Below are positions 27,039 through 38,227 of a stretch of DNA of 61,491 nt, piece after piece (within the stretch, counting starts at the first letter, position 1; each line of letters begins with the position of its first letter). The notes below the pieces were generated by a model. The model saw only the letters and a program-made list of their open reading frames with translations. It made no database searches and was not told where the DNA came from. The DNA is from a virus (taxonomy: Duplodnaviria > Caudoviricetes), in IMG/VR virus record IMGVR_UViG_3300040770_000247, positions 1-61,491 of that record. One strand, written 5' to 3'. A program made the translations under genes and the position numbers.

Positions 27039-30000
27039 TCAAGGGATTGCGGCTCCAATCGTCTGAGCAACTATCGATTCATCCAGCACACCTGGGAACA
27101 TGAAGGCTCCTGTCTTCAGTGGGTTCCCTACGTTGTTCAGAATGCCTGAGTCCGTGAGCACAGACACACCACCGGTTAACTGACCAAAAGCCATGACAGT
27201 AAGCATCTTGGCAGGTTCCTCTTTAAACAAGGTAAACAGTACCTGCTGAATCCGCATGTAGTACTTAGTGAACATAAGGATACCCATATCGTTGCCGTAC
27301 TGTATTGCACGGTGACTTGGCAGGTCGTAGTTAACAAAAGACTTCATTGCACGATCCAAAGCCTCAGTGTGTGTCATCCGCTTTTCATCGCGGGTGGTCA
27401 GGTGCTGGTACAACGTGTAGCGGCCTACGAAGTCACTCAGTTGAGTGGTATGGCTAAGCAGTTGATACAGAGGCGTGTCGTGAGCCATGTACAGCGTCTT
27501 GGCTACGGTCACGGCTGCTTGCCCTACTTTGTTGCCCCCTATCTTCCCTTCCAGGTAATTGCTCAGACCTGCTTTTAGCGAGTAGAGATCATTCTCTGGA
27601 TCAACGTCCTCAACAATGGTAGGCAGCATACCCGCGTCAATGAGCTTCTTAACTGGATTGCTCTCAAGCATACCTGTCAGGTACTTAATCCTAACCTGTA
27701 CATCAGCACTGTTGGGAAGCGGGTAACCACTGCTAACCATGGCTTCAAGCTTGTGCAGCTCTGTAGAATCCCGTCTGTAGTTAAGTACCCCCCGCAACGC
27801 CACGATGTGGGACTTAACCAATTGAGCAGGGTTAACCCCGCTGACCAGGAGCAGGGAGATGTTGCTCTGAATGTTGCCAACCAATGTCCCCACACTTTTG
27901 ATAACCAGGAAATCCTTTGTCTCCGATACCACACCTTGCCATGCAGCTTCCGCATACCGGAGCTGGGTGACAGTGGCAGGCATATCGCCGTTCTTATCCC
28001 TAAACGGGGTAACCATCTTGGTGATCTCAGGCATCATCTTTTCAAGCGCCTTAACCACGATCTTTTCTGCAGCGGTACGGGCGGTTTCTTCCTTTTCAAA
28101 GGCATCAGTAATACTTAGTTTGCGGTAGCCAAACACAATATCCAGGGAATCATAAGAGACCACCATTGGGGTATCTCCCCACACAGCCTGCTGGTGCTTC
28201 TTTAACTCGGGAGGCAGCATGGCATACAGCTCACGATGTTCTGGATCTTTGCTGTTTTCACTAATCTCCACATACGCTTTTGGATTACTGGCAAAGTCAG
28301 CCAGGTACTGTGCATACAAAGCTTCTACGATGGTTTTGTTGTTCTTAGGGGATTCCTTCTTATCCACCAAGCTGGCAGACAAAGATGCCATTACTACGGT
28401 GAAATCTAGGTTACGTTCAAGAAGCTTAGCTTCACGATCATGCAACATTTCATAGCGGTAGCCTGATGCCGTTCCATCATGAGCAAAGATTGGGATACGG
28501 TTGGTTGCCTTAGTCTCTACCCGCGAAGCATCGTAGTTAGCCCCACGACCATTTAACGCATTAATATCCCCTGCAATAGCTTTAGTCGCACGTCGCACCC
28601 TAGCCAGGTTTACTCGGTTAACTGTCCCGGTTACAGGGTCGTAAATAGCCCCTTCTTTTCGAGAGCCTGCCGATTTCTTAGCACTGTAAGAAATGCTGCC
28701 TGATACCCGTGGGCTTAAGCCCCCGTAGCGACGGTAGTACAACACGCGCTGTTCTGTGTCTGAATCCTCAAGCGCTTTATCCAACTTGGTTTCCATCTTG
28801 AAACCAAGACGCTTCATTTCCTCTGCTTCACCAAAAGTGCCTACATACAGCTCACGGTGTGGATTAACCACACTGGCTGTAAAGCCTTTGACCATCTGTG
28901 AAGGGTCCCCTTCAAACGCATCCTCAAAAGACTGTTTCACCATCAAGCTGTGCATGCCCAACAGGAACTGCACACCGTTACCTGCACTACGGTTGGCTTC
29001 AGAATCCATAACCCCTTTAACCAACACTACATCAGCAGGGGCACTGAACTTCAGTGCGTAAAGGGAGATGATCCGGTCCACTATGGGGGTGTTAACCTCC
29101 GCATGGGCCTCTGCAGCTTTCATCGCCTTACTGTTGTACCCAAATCGACGTGTCACGTTATGGGCGTTTTTAGCCACGTTCTTGTGGGTGGCCCCGTTCG
29201 TTACCATGTAGATCGCAGTATCCTGGGCATCGTTCACAATGTCCTGCACCTGCGAACCTACCATCTTGGCCTGCTCAGCCTTAATAGCCGCCTCTATGTT
29301 TGCCGCAGAGTCCATCAGGTTACGGATGTCCTGCAACGAGTAAGCACTGTCTTTAGTGAGTACCTGGAGATCGGTACGCATAAACACTTTAGTCATTGCT
29401 TCTTTAACAGGCTTGGTTAGCTCTTTACCTTTGTTAGCAAACTCCTGGGTAAGAATGTTCTTGGTGTTGTCGAACATTGTGCGACGCGCACGCTCGATAC
29501 CTTTAGTAAGTAGGAACAGATTTTCCTGAATCGCTTTAGACGGCCCACTGGCCAGCATCTCGTTGGCGATGCCAGCAAGTATCCCGTGTTTCTCCTGAAC
29601 CAACTTATCCCTGAACACCATCATTTGCTGGAAGATTTCAGGGACTCGGTGCTGAGCACTCATGCTGAGGGTTACACCGACTGCCCTGGCGTAGTTGTTC
29701 CCTTTGCGGAATATCTGAGCCTTACCAATATTGTCAATCTGCCGACGGATACCCTGTTCAATTTTGCTGCTGGTATCCACCCCATCGGAATAGGCGGACG
29801 CTGCCTTACTTTTTAGCGCCGCACGGTTCTTAGCTTCGATACCCACCAACTGCCTAGCCAGTTTATTTAGCTTAACGCTGGCCAGTTGACCGGAGTGAAT
29901 CCGATCAAGCTTTTGCAGGGCAAAGTTCAGGACAGCTTCCATGACCGAAATGAGCTTCTCTAGGTAGTTTTCACCTCGGATTGCAGAGAGTTTTTTAGTG

Positions 30001-33000
30001 GGTACTTGAAGCAGTGCTGCAAATTCCTCACTCGCCACACCCAAAGCCACAAACTTAGCCTGACCCTCAATACTCGGGTCGCCAAACACACCTTCCCACT
30101 TATCAACAGGCATGGTGTCCTTGAGGCTTTGACGCATCTCCATAAACAGGTCACCGATGTTCCGGTTAACCAGATACGCATTGCCTGCTTCCAGTGAGGT
30201 CAGTGTGGCTGCGTGCACCTGCTCTGCTACAAACAACTCCTGATCACTCAGGGTAAAGGGACCCGTCTGTAGGTCAGAAGCAAAGGGGGCTACACCTGAG
30301 TTCATGGCTTGAGTAAACATGTCCTGAGCATCCGTGGCGTAGTACTCAGCCAACGCCCCTTTATCAACCCCCAGTGGCCCCACAATCGCATCCCCAATGT
30401 TACGCAAGGCATTAGAGAGTCGATCTAAGTGCTCGGTACTGTGGGCTTTACCCGCATCAGCCAAACCATTAAAGATCTCTTCAGTGCTAAGGCTGAGCAT
30501 CGCAGCAGCACCTATGTGAGGGTGACTGGCTGCAAAAGCTGTACCCTTTGGCTGACTAGCGACTTCATCAAACATCTGCACAACATGGAGGTTGAGTACT
30601 GCAAGTGCATTGGTTTCTGCTGCAGTCGCAGGCTTGTTAGTCAGCAGGCTGATCAACTTGCTGGCAAAGCTTTTCAAGGTCTCCTTGATGGTTTGCCCAA
30701 TAGTCGATTTGTACTCCACCCCCATCATGAATGACTGGAACTTGGAGTTGGTCATGCCATACGAAACCAGCTCGTGAACATCCGTGAGCATGCGGGCAAA
30801 CTTGCCCTCTGTGTCTTTGGCAATAAGCGCAAGACGCAGGGCTTCCAAATCCCTATAGGCAGTATTAGCAGCTGTCCCTTTAGCAGCGAATTGCCCATCA
30901 GCGATAGCACTCTGCAGAGCCAGGTGAAGCAGCTCATGCACCACCATTTCAGACGTTACATTGGTATGCCCTTTGTTGGTTCCACGAATAAAGACAGTGA
31001 CGTTACCCTGCTCATCAGTCGACACCCAGCCATTAGCTGTTTCCAGGCTACGGTCATGTTCCATACCTGGGGTGTGGTTGTAGGTCGATTCTTTTTCGTT
31101 GTCTTTGGTAACCCAAACAATCGACACATTGGGATCAACCACCTTTTTGATCATTCTCAATAAGGTGCGGTAGCCAGTGCCTTTGGTACCTGCTGCTTTA
31201 GTGTGCTCATCCATGAATGCCAGCAGCGAGCCTACGGTGTTGCCGTTAGCGTTCTGGATGAAGTAGTTAACCAGATCAGCGTGTGTGCCTGAAGACACCG
31301 GCGCAGGCTGTGGGGAGACCTCTACAGGTGCCTGCTCAACGTTCTGTTTACTGCCTGTCTTCACAAAAGCGTTTACTTCAGTGAGGGGCATGCCGTTAGT
31401 AAGCGCCTCCAGAACATCGTTCAGGAGGTATTCATCCTCGTACAGAGCCTTTTGTACCAAAGGTTCTACAGGTACTGAGAACTCTTCAAGAACCTTCATT
31501 GCATCAACAAGAGCAGGGTCTACCGGAACCTTTGCACGCTCTTCAGCTTTCGCTGCCATCTCTGCACGGTCTTCTTCTGTGAGGGTATACGTGCCATTTT
31601 CATTGGAGTACTGGTCAATCACCGCTACATCAGAGAATCCCTTAAATTTAGCAACGTCAGCCTGCTTACCTGCAACAACGATGTTGTGAACAGTACTGGC
31701 CAAATGCCCCTTAAGGTGCTTCTTCGTGAGTTTATAAACAAACGGATGCAGCGTAGTTATTGAAGTCAGCATCGCCTTTGAGAAAGAAGCTTTCAGTGCT
31801 TTCAGGTCTTCAGCAAACTCCTCAGCAGTACGAGGGTCACCCTCCTCCTGCACACTGTTCTTTTTCAGGTACTCAGCAAAACCAGCCAACACACGCCCTG
31901 TAGTATTCGCCATCTGGGTATACGGGGAGTACTCGGACAGTACCTTAAAGGTGGCTTGGTTAAGGTTAGTGGCAATGCTGTCAAGAAACTTAGCAGCACC
32001 AAAGTGAGCATCGTGAGCGTTCAGTACATCGTTTTCTTTTGCGGCTGCAACCAGAGAGATAGCGGAGTCTGTGGACTGGGTAAGGTTGGCGTCCGTGCTT
32101 ACACCTGGAGGAAGGAGCGTGAACTCTGACGCATAAGCACGAAGGGTCTTCTTCTTACCGTTGATTGCTACTTTGGTGTCTGTCAGAAAAGCAGCCTTAG
32201 TGGAGGGCACAGTACCTTTAGCAGCAAGGAACACCGAGCTGTCGTAGGTATCATCATTCTGAGAGAACCAGGTATGTACAGCAGGTTCCATGTGTTTCAG
32301 TCGAGCACGAATCCGATCCAGTTGGTTCTTGGTAAGCGACATCAACGGAGTCTTGGCTTCGTTCTTGGCAACAGGCAGTGTTCCCAGGTTAATCATAGTA
32401 CGGGTGTACTTGGTCACTTCCAGGTCAAAGGCTGCTTTGTAAGCAAAGAAAGCCACGTTAGCTGCAGAGTTCAACCTGCGCTTTTTCTCTACCGTTTCAC
32501 CCAACACTTTATCCAAGGCTTCACGAACAGGTTTCTTAACCAGGTCTGCAAAGTTCTCTTGAATGGCCTTCTCTTCTGAACTGTTGAATACATGCTTCAT
32601 CGCATCCGCGTGGGAGATGTTGACAGGCAACCTGCTTTTTACAGGCAGGAACGTGTTGATCATCTCAATCAACTGAGGAAGCTTCAGTTTAGGATTGCTG
32701 TTAGGGCCTGCTTTACTGACCAGCTCGTAGTACTTCTCAATGAACTGACCGCCCAAGTCGGCTACTGCTGTGGCAGTGCCCGCGCTGTAGTTCAGACCGG
32801 TAACGGGGGTCTTTACAAACTTACGGCCTACAGAATCAGAGAGGGAGTCTGCCTCCTTACCGCTGAGGATTGAGAACAGTGCCCGTGCCATACCTTTTTT
32901 ACTGGGATCTTTGATCAAGCTCTGATTGATAAATTCACGCAGTACAGTGGCTACTTTTTCATAGGTGTCTTGGTTGACACCCCCTGCTTTCCACTCAGCA

Positions 33001-36000
33001 AAGCTTTTTGCTGCGTTGTCGTACAGGCCATAGATACCGCCACGTTCCAAGGCTTCGTTACCAAACACCCCGGCCATGGCTTGGGACAATATAACCCCGT
33101 TGGTTTTACCGTCCACCTCACCCATGAGCGAGACTGTTACCGTCGATTCTTCATTGAGCGGGGCCAGCTGCATTGCAGCAAGTGCAGCCAAGGCGTCGTA
33201 GGTGTGTAGGTTGTTTTCGCCCAGTTCAATGGCGTTCTGCAGGTCATTTTGATGTTCCATAGTGCTGTCTTCAAACGCACCACTAAGCATGTTCATCGCA
33301 GCAATACCCTTAACAATCGTGGGCTGCTTGACGAACGTATCAAAGTATTTGATGTTGTCTTTATTCAGTGACGCATCGGTCTTGTAGCCAAAACCCTCAA
33401 TGATACGAAGCTTGAGCATGTTAACTTCAGCTTCGTTATTCAGATCGTAGGTCTGTTCCCACGATTGCATACGCAGGACAAAGCGGACAATTTTACTCGT
33501 CTGTGGGTTCATATCGGTGTGGAGGATACCCACACGGAAATTACGCCATACATCCCGTGTCAGGTAGATAGGGGCGAACTTGTCAGCCATGTTGCTAACA
33601 AAGTTCAGTACCCCCTCCCAATCCTCCCGCATTGAGCCGTACTTACCTTCAAGACCGGGTAGTAGAGCAGCATGGGTGTTCTCGGTATTTACATCCTTGA
33701 TTCCAAAGATGGCCTCACGAACACCTGCATCCAATTGCTGCAGCAGGTCTACACGAGCCACATCAACGAATTCTGGCTTCTCGTTCTGAGTGGCTATCAG
33801 CTCTGCCTGGGTATCCGAAACAGTACGGTCGGTGTTGTTGATACGATCTTGGCCTTCCTTGGCAGGCTTAGTAGCAGCCGGTGGCTTAGTACGCTCCAAG
33901 CCAAACAGCTGTCCTACTACATCCTGGCTACCTTTATAGGCATCCTGAATACGCGTGATATTTTCGGCACCTGGGGTAAACCGAATGAGCTTGGTTTCCG
34001 CAAACAGGTTGATGTCCCCTTCACTGGAATACGCCTGTGAAAGGTAATCAGCTTTCTTGAACACCTGTTCAGTAGCCAAACTAGTCTCACTGCCCGCAGC
34101 TGTATCTTGCAGGTTGTAGAGCATACCCAGTGCAGCAAAACCCAGTGCCATTTCCATTTTGGCCTGGACATCCAGGTTGGTATCTCCTGGGGAACGCTCA
34201 ATCAAACCAAGGGCTTTAAATATCTCCTTACCCATTGTCAGTGCAGCGTAGGCCTCTGTATCTACGGCGTACTCAAGCTCCGTGTACACATCGGCAGGTA
34301 GGTAGGCATCTTCATGAAAACCAAGCATCCGATTGATGCGGCTTTTGCTTTTACGGGCATTGCCTGAAGTAGCCCCACCTATGTAAGAAAACACGGAAGC
34401 AGCAATGGCTGTCTTGACGTTCTCTTCTACATTACCTGCCAGGTCCATAAAGTACTGGAAGTAATCGTTGTAGCGAAACTCCGAGAACTCGTCGGGCTTG
34501 CCCTTGTCACGCTTAGGGACAATGCCTGAATCCAGCGCCTTAAACATTGATGCACCCAGCTCTTTGAATAGAGCCAGGGCCAACGATTGACCTTCTTTAA
34601 CTTCACCTGATTCTAGAAAGGACTCGACTTTTACATTTCCCGCTACCCAATTCGTAAAGAAGTCTTTCACCTCTACCAAGGGATTACGGTTGGTGGTTTC
34701 GTTTGTATCCTTCTTAGGGCTACGCTGCTTAAAGAAGAAGTGCAGCAGATTGGTTGCCCGATACCAAGCAGTGTCCTTAATCGTGCGTGCGTCTTCTTTG
34801 GCTTGCCCTTTAGTACGCTCACCGAGACCGTCCAGTGCCCCTGGCTCAGGAACATAGGGGGCTACTTCTGCTGTGGTTTCTGCTTCGTATCCACTCTCAA
34901 AACTTTCAACAGCTGCCGCTTCCGCTCCCTCAGACTGTTCACTTGTTGATCCAAATTCTTCAACAGATCCTGCTGCAGTTCCGGTGTTGTTTTCGTAGTC
35001 ATAATCAGTTCCGTAGTTGGCGTCATTCAACGCATCGTTTATGGAGTCTAAGTAGCTGTCATCAAGGGCGTCTGCCTGATCTTCTAGTTCACTTACCTGC
35101 TCAGCCAGATCTGCTGCAATAGCCTGCTTTGCCTCAATCTCAGCAGCCAAGGCAGCGTCAGCCTCATCTTTTGCCTGATCTATCTGGTCTTGAATACGCT
35201 GGGCTTCTGCTTCCAGATTCTGTTGGTTTTCGGCTGCAGACTCGGAGGCATAAAGTGTAGTGTCGCCATTGAGCTGCCCTTTAATGGCTTCCTTGAACCA
35301 GGACAGCTGATCGCCGCTTTGGATTACGTGGTTGGGAATGTACCCATCATCCTCAAGCATACGCAACAAGCCGTCCGGGGACTGAGCCCGATCCGTCTTG
35401 TTGAACAGGGAGTTCACAAAAGGAAGCTTGTGGTTGGCTGTGGTATCCCCGGTTATGTCCAGTCGGTCAGCTACACGAATCCCACCTAACCTCACCACAT
35501 AATCCAGTAAAGAATCTCGATCACGGTTCGGCTTCTTACGGGCACCTTTAGGCTTAGAAGGTCCAACCTTCTTCTGCTTAGCTGCCTGTGCCTTGATCTT
35601 TACTGGTTTAGCTGGCTTAGGTGCAGGCTGCTCAATAAGTGCAGGAGCCTCTATCTCGGCTTCCACGACCTTAGGTGCAATAGGCACTACCTTGGCTGCT
35701 TTAGTCTTCTTGATGGGCTTAGGGGTAGTCGGGGCAACCGAAGCGGTATCAGGAGCATCCATCAGTTCCTGCATAGCTGCCTGTACAGAGTTCAGGTATT
35801 TGGACTCTGCCTGCACACGGTTACGCAGGGCAAAAGAAGCCTTGGTGATCTTTAGTGTCTTGTCCTTACCATAGATAACAGTCCTACTGTCGTTATCTCC
35901 AGTCAGTAAAGCCAAGCCTTCTACGATGGAAGTGAGCTTTTCCTGGTGGCCTGCTGCGAACGTCGAGAGACTGCCCATCAGAGCAGTGGCTTTTTTGCTA

Positions 36001-38165
36001 TCCCCTGCAGCTACAGCTGCACGGATACCTGAGGCGTACTCCTTACCACCGATATGACCTTCATTTGGATTACCGTGAATGATGTCATTACGGACTTGGA
36101 TGGAAGCCTTCTTTTCACGGTTGGCCTGCTGATTGATGATCCCATCTTCCAGGGCTTTAGCTTCCATCATCTTGCTATGACTGGTTGCAAGCTTGCGCAC
36201 GTAAGCCCGCTCTTGCAGGCTTAGGCCATTGCTCCCATTGTCTGCCAGCTGGGTAAGAGTGGCGCTGTCTACAGACTCTGGAGAGTGCATAGCGAGCGTC
36301 ATAGCCTTACGACCAGCAGCAGTAGCTGCCGCTACTTCAGCGGTATCTGTGGCATCTGCAACAGGTGCCAGGGCTGGAGTGATCTCGGAAAGTGCAGTAG
36401 TTATTTCTTCTTCTGATTGCTGAGTTTTGGTTGAATCACCAAAGAGCTTAGCCATGTGACCTGACAACTCATCTACTTCCTTGCTCATGATTGAAGCTGC
36501 ACTTTGTTGCTTCAGATTATCTGCTTTCTCCTGCGGCGAAAGGTTCTTATAAGAGACAATCTCTGCCTCAACTGCGTCTATTTTTGCCTGCACTGATGCG
36601 ATGCTTTCAGGTGTGGTTTTTGTGGCTAAGACTTCCTTAGCCTTTTCAAGGAACTCCTGCTTAACCTGCAGGGTTTCATCGTTAACAATACCTGTCCGGG
36701 TTTTGACCTCCTCACTACGAGCAGCCTGCTCTTTTTGGATCTCTTGTACTTTGGCAAGATTGCTGGCCACTTCTTCTGCAGTAGCACCCTCACGGTTGCT
36801 GTGTCCCATCAGAGCCTGGATTGCCAGATCAGGGCGATACTCTGTTTCGTCGTTTAGGAGGATGCTTACATCACCTGTCTTCGACGACTCATTAAACACA
36901 GCACGCTCTTCAATACTCATGCGCGCTTCGTTGGGTTTAGGGGTCTCCTTGGCCCGTGCAGTACCAGCACCACTTAAGGCACCCATACCTGCGCCTGTCA
37001 GCATGCCTTCGGCCATTGCTTTGCCTAAGCCTTCTGTCGCATCACGCTCCAGAGCCAGGTTCTTAAAGATGGTTTCTTCACCTGTTTGCAGGAGTTCTTC
37101 GCCACCCTCGATAACACCCTTACCAAGGACATTACCTACCAGGCCGTGGGTGGATTTACCCAAGGAACCACTGACGACTGCAGTATCCAGGTCATTACCT
37201 AAACCCGCTTTTGTGGTGACCTTAGCCCCCAGACGGGAAATAGCTGTACCCACTACACCTGTGAAACCAGCAGCAGCTAATTGCTTTAGGCTGAGCAAGC
37301 CATCTTCAGTCTCTTGGCGAATTCCCTCAGCAGCTGAACCTGCCATGGTTGCACCCTCACCAATGGCACCTGCTAGTGCTGTGCTTTTAACCAGGCCTGC
37401 AGCACCTAGTGCCTTACCGTAAGCACCCCCCAGTACGATAGAGGGTAATGATTTAGTAATGCCGTGGCTGATAGAGGAGGGATTAACCAGCATAGTCATC
37501 GCTGTATTGATAAAGCCTTTAGCTTCATCTACCGACTTAAACACACGATTTTGGTTATTGGAGTACATCTCGTTAAACATGGTGTGAGCTTGTTTAGGGT
37601 CAAAGCCGTTTTCTTCAGCCCACTTACCTACATAGCCGCCCGAAACCATGTTACCTAAACCAACCACACCTTCTAATGCGGACACAGATCCATCGGCAAA
37701 CGAAACCCCATAGTCTGTACTGCGCCGTACAAAACTCTGTGGTATCTCGTTATTGTCATCAATGGGCAATGCGGAATCAAAACTAAACTTACGCAACTCA
37801 TTAGCGATTTCTTGGCCTTTATTGTATTTAGCCAAGTCCTCGTTTTCATTCATCTGGTATGCAGAATAGCCATCAGCAACATGTGCCCCTGTTTTAGCCC
37901 AGATCTTAGATACATCGTTCACTGCAGCAATCGGGGTATTGATTACCCCAGCAGCAAGACTGTTTCGATCAAGCCCTAACTTACCTGTAAAGGTATTGTT
38001 CTGGTGATCTCGAAATGCTTTAAGCGCGTCGACTTGCTGTCTGATTGTGTCACTGGCATTAGCTACATCAGTCAGCTTTTCTTTACTGACTTGATACAGA
38101 GACTTTTCTGAGGAGGATGTGGAAGGACTAAGTAATGCGGCTTTTGCTTCTTCTAAAGTTGGCAC
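27039..38165 (-). CDS. Virion-encapsidated RNA polymerase (N4 gp50-like)
   Basis: 3708 aa; T7-like motifs EVDGKTNG, RKFVKTPVTGLNY, NAHDA; apparently Cys-free; N4 synteny. Confidence 0.97.
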   Translation of the reverse strand: MPTLEEAKAALLSPSTSSSEKSLYQVSKEKLTDVANASDTIRQQVDALKAFRDHQNNTFTGKLGLDRNSLAAGVINTPIAAVNDVSKIWAKTGAHVADGYSAYQMNENEDLAKYNKGQEIANELRKFSFDSALPIDDNNEIPQSFVRRSTDYGVSFADGSVSALEGVVGLGNMVSGGYVGKWAEENGFDPKQAHTMFNEMYSNNQNRVFKSVDEAKGFINTAMTMLVNPSSISHGITKSLPSIVLGGAYGKALGAAGLVKSTALAGAIGEGATMAGSAAEGIRQETEDGLLSLKQLAAAGFTGVVGTAISRLGAKVTTKAGLGNDLDTAVVSGSLGKSTHGLVGNVLGKGVIEGGEELLQTGEETIFKNLALERDATEGLGKAMAEGMLTGAGMGALSGAGTARAKETPKPNEARMSIEERAVFNESSKTGDVSILLNDETEYRPDLAIQALMGHSNREGATAEEVASNLAKVQEIQKEQAARSEEVKTRTGIVNDETLQVKQEFLEKAKEVLATKTTPESIASVQAKIDAVEAEIVSYKNLSPQEKADNLKQQSAASIMSKEVDELSGHMAKLFGDSTKTQQSEEEITTALSEITPALAPVADATDTAEVAAATAAGRKAMTLAMHSPESVDSATLTQLADNGSNGLSLQERAYVRKLATSHSKMMEAKALEDGIINQQANREKKASIQVRNDIIHGNPNEGHIGGKEYASGIRAAVAAGDSKKATALMGSLSTFAAGHQEKLTSIVEGLALLTGDNDSRTVIYGKDKTLKITKASFALRNRVQAESKYLNSVQAAMQELMDAPDTASVAPTTPKPIKKTKAAKVVPIAPKVVEAEIEAPALIEQPAPKPAKPVKIKAQAAKQKKVGPSKPKGARKKPNRDRDSLLDYVVRLGGIRVADRLDITGDTTANHKLPFVNSLFNKTDRAQSPDGLLRMLEDDGYIPNHVIQSGDQLSWFKEAIKGQLNGDTTLYASESAAENQQNLEAEAQRIQDQIDQAKDEADAALAAEIEAKQAIAADLAEQVSELEDQADALDDSYLDSINDALNDANYGTDYDYENNTGTAAGSVEEFGSTSEQSEGAEAAAVESFESGYEAETTAEVAPYVPEPGALDGLGERTKGQAKEDARTIKDTAWYRATNLLHFFFKQRSPKKDTNETTNRNPLVEVKDFFTNWVAGNVKVESFLESGEVKEGQSLALALFKELGASMFKALDSGIVPKRDKGKPDEFSEFRYNDYFQYFMDLAGNVEENVKTAIAASVFSYIGGATSGNARKSKSRINRMLGFHEDAYLPADVYTELEYAVDTEAYAALTMGKEIFKALGLIERSPGDTNLDVQAKMEMALGFAALGMLYNLQDTAAGSETSLATEQVFKKADYLSQAYSSEGDINLFAETKLIRFTPGAENITRIQDAYKGSQDVVGQLFGLERTKPPAATKPAKEGQDRINNTDRTVSDTQAELIATQNEKPEFVDVARVDLLQQLDAGVREAIFGIKDVNTENTHAALLPGLEGKYGSMREDWEGVLNFVSNMADKFAPIYLTRDVWRNFRVGILHTDMNPQTSKIVRFVLRMQSWEQTYDLNNEAEVNMLKLRIIEGFGYKTDASLNKDNIKYFDTFVKQPTIVKGIAAMNMLSGAFEDSTMEHQNDLQNAIELGENNLHTYDALAALAAMQLAPLNEESTVTVSLMGEVDGKTNGVILSQAMAGVFGNEALERGGIYGLYDNAAKSFAEWKAGGVNQDTYEKVATVLREFINQSLIKDPSKKGMARALFSILSGKEADSLSDSVGRKFVKTPVTGLNYSAGTATAVADLGGQFIEKYYELVSKAGPNSNPKLKLPQLIEMINTFLPVKSRLPVNISHADAMKHVFNSSEEKAIQENFADLVKKPVREALDKVLGETVEKKRRLNSAANVAFFAYKAAFDLEVTKYTRTMINLGTLPVAKNEAKTPLMSLTKNQLDRIRARLKHMEPAVHTWFSQNDDTYDSSVFLAAKGTVPSTKAAFLTDTKVAINGKKKTLRAYASEFTLLPPGVSTDANLTQSTDSAISLVAAAKENDVLNAHDAHFGAAKFLDSIATNLNQATFKVLSEYSPYTQMANTTGRVLAGFAEYLKKNSVQEEGDPRTAEEFAEDLKALKASFSKAMLTSITTLHPFVYKLTKKHLKGHLASTVHNIVVAGKQADVAKFKGFSDVAVIDQYSNENGTYTLTEEDRAEMAAKAEERAKVPVDPALVDAMKVLEEFSVPVEPLVQKALYEDEYLLNDVLEALTNGMPLTEVNAFVKTGSKQNVEQAPVEVSPQPAPVSSGTHADLVNYFIQNANGNTVGSLLAFMDEHTKAAGTKGTGYRTLLRMIKKVVDPNVSIVWVTKDNEKESTYNHTPGMEHDRSLETANGWVSTDEQGNVTVFIRGTNKGHTNVTSEMVVHELLHLALQSAIADGQFAAKGTAANTAYRDLEALRLALIAKDTEGKFARMLTDVHELVSYGMTNSKFQSFMMGVEYKSTIGQTIKETLKSFASKLISLLTNKPATAAETNALAVLNLHVVQMFDEVASQPKGTAFAASHPHIGAAAMLSLSTEEIFNGLADAGKAHSTEHLDRLSNALRNIGDAIVGPLGVDKGALAEYYATDAQDMFTQAMNSGVAPFASDLQTGPFTLSDQELFVAEQVHAATLTSLEAGNAYLVNRNIGDLFMEMRQSLKDTMPVDKWEGVFGDPSIEGQAKFVALGVASEEFAALLQVPTKKLSAIRGENYLEKLISVMEAVLNFALQKLDRIHSGQLASVKLNKLARQLVGIEAKNRAALKSKAASAYSDGVDTSSKIEQGIRRQIDNIGKAQIFRKGNNYARAVGVTLSMSAQHRVPEIFQQMMVFRDKLVQEKHGILAGIANEMLASGPSKAIQENLFLLTKGIERARRTMFDNTKNILTQEFANKGKELTKPVKEAMTKVFMRTDLQVLTKDSAYSLQDIRNLMDSAANIEAAIKAEQAKMVGSQVQDIVNDAQDTAIYMVTNGATHKNVAKNAHNVTRRFGYNSKAMKAAEAHAEVNTPIVDRIISLYALKFSAPADVVLVKGVMDSEANRSAGNGVQFLLGMHSLMVKQSFEDAFEGDPSQMVKGFTASVVNPHRELYVGTFGEAEEMKRLGFKMETKLDKALEDSDTEQRVLYYRRYGGLSPRVSGSISYSAKKSAGSRKEGAIYDPVTGTVNRVNLARVRRATKAIAGDINALNGRGANYDASRVETKATNRIPIFAHDGTASGYRYEMLHDREAKLLERNLDFTVVMASLSASLVDKKESPKNNKTIVEALYAQYLADFASNPKAYVEISENSKDPEHRELYAMLPPELKKHQQAVWGDTPMVVSYDSLDIVFGYRKLSITDAFEKEETARTAAEKIVVKALEKMMPEITKMVTPFRDKNGDMPATVTQLRYAEAAWQGVVSETKDFLVIKSVGTLVGNIQSNISLLLVSGVNPAQLVKSHIVALRGVLNYRRDSTELHKLEAMVSSGYPLPNSADVQVRIKYLTGMLESNPVKKLIDAGMLPTIVEDVDPENDLYSLKAGLSNYLEGKIGGNKVGQAAVTVAKTLYMAHDTPLYQLLSHTTQLSDFVGRYTLYQHLTTRDEKRMTHTEALDRAMKSFVNYDLPSHRAIQYGNDMGILMFTKYYMRIQQVLFTLFKEEPAKMLTVMAFGQLTGGVSVLTDSGILNNVGNPLKTGAFMFPGVLDESIVAQTIGAAIP

Positions 38166-38202
38166 ACTATGCCCTCAGAAATAATTAACTGAGGGCATAG
38201 TA
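38166..38202 (-). promoter_or_regulatory. RBS-sequestering hairpin with embedded -10-like element upstream of vRNAP
   Basis: 13-bp perfect stem ACTATGCCCTCAG/CTGAGGGCATAGT abutting the GTG start; TACTAT at 38202-38197. Confidence 0.55.
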
Positions 38203-38227
38203 CTCGGTGTGCTTTTATCTTTCCATA

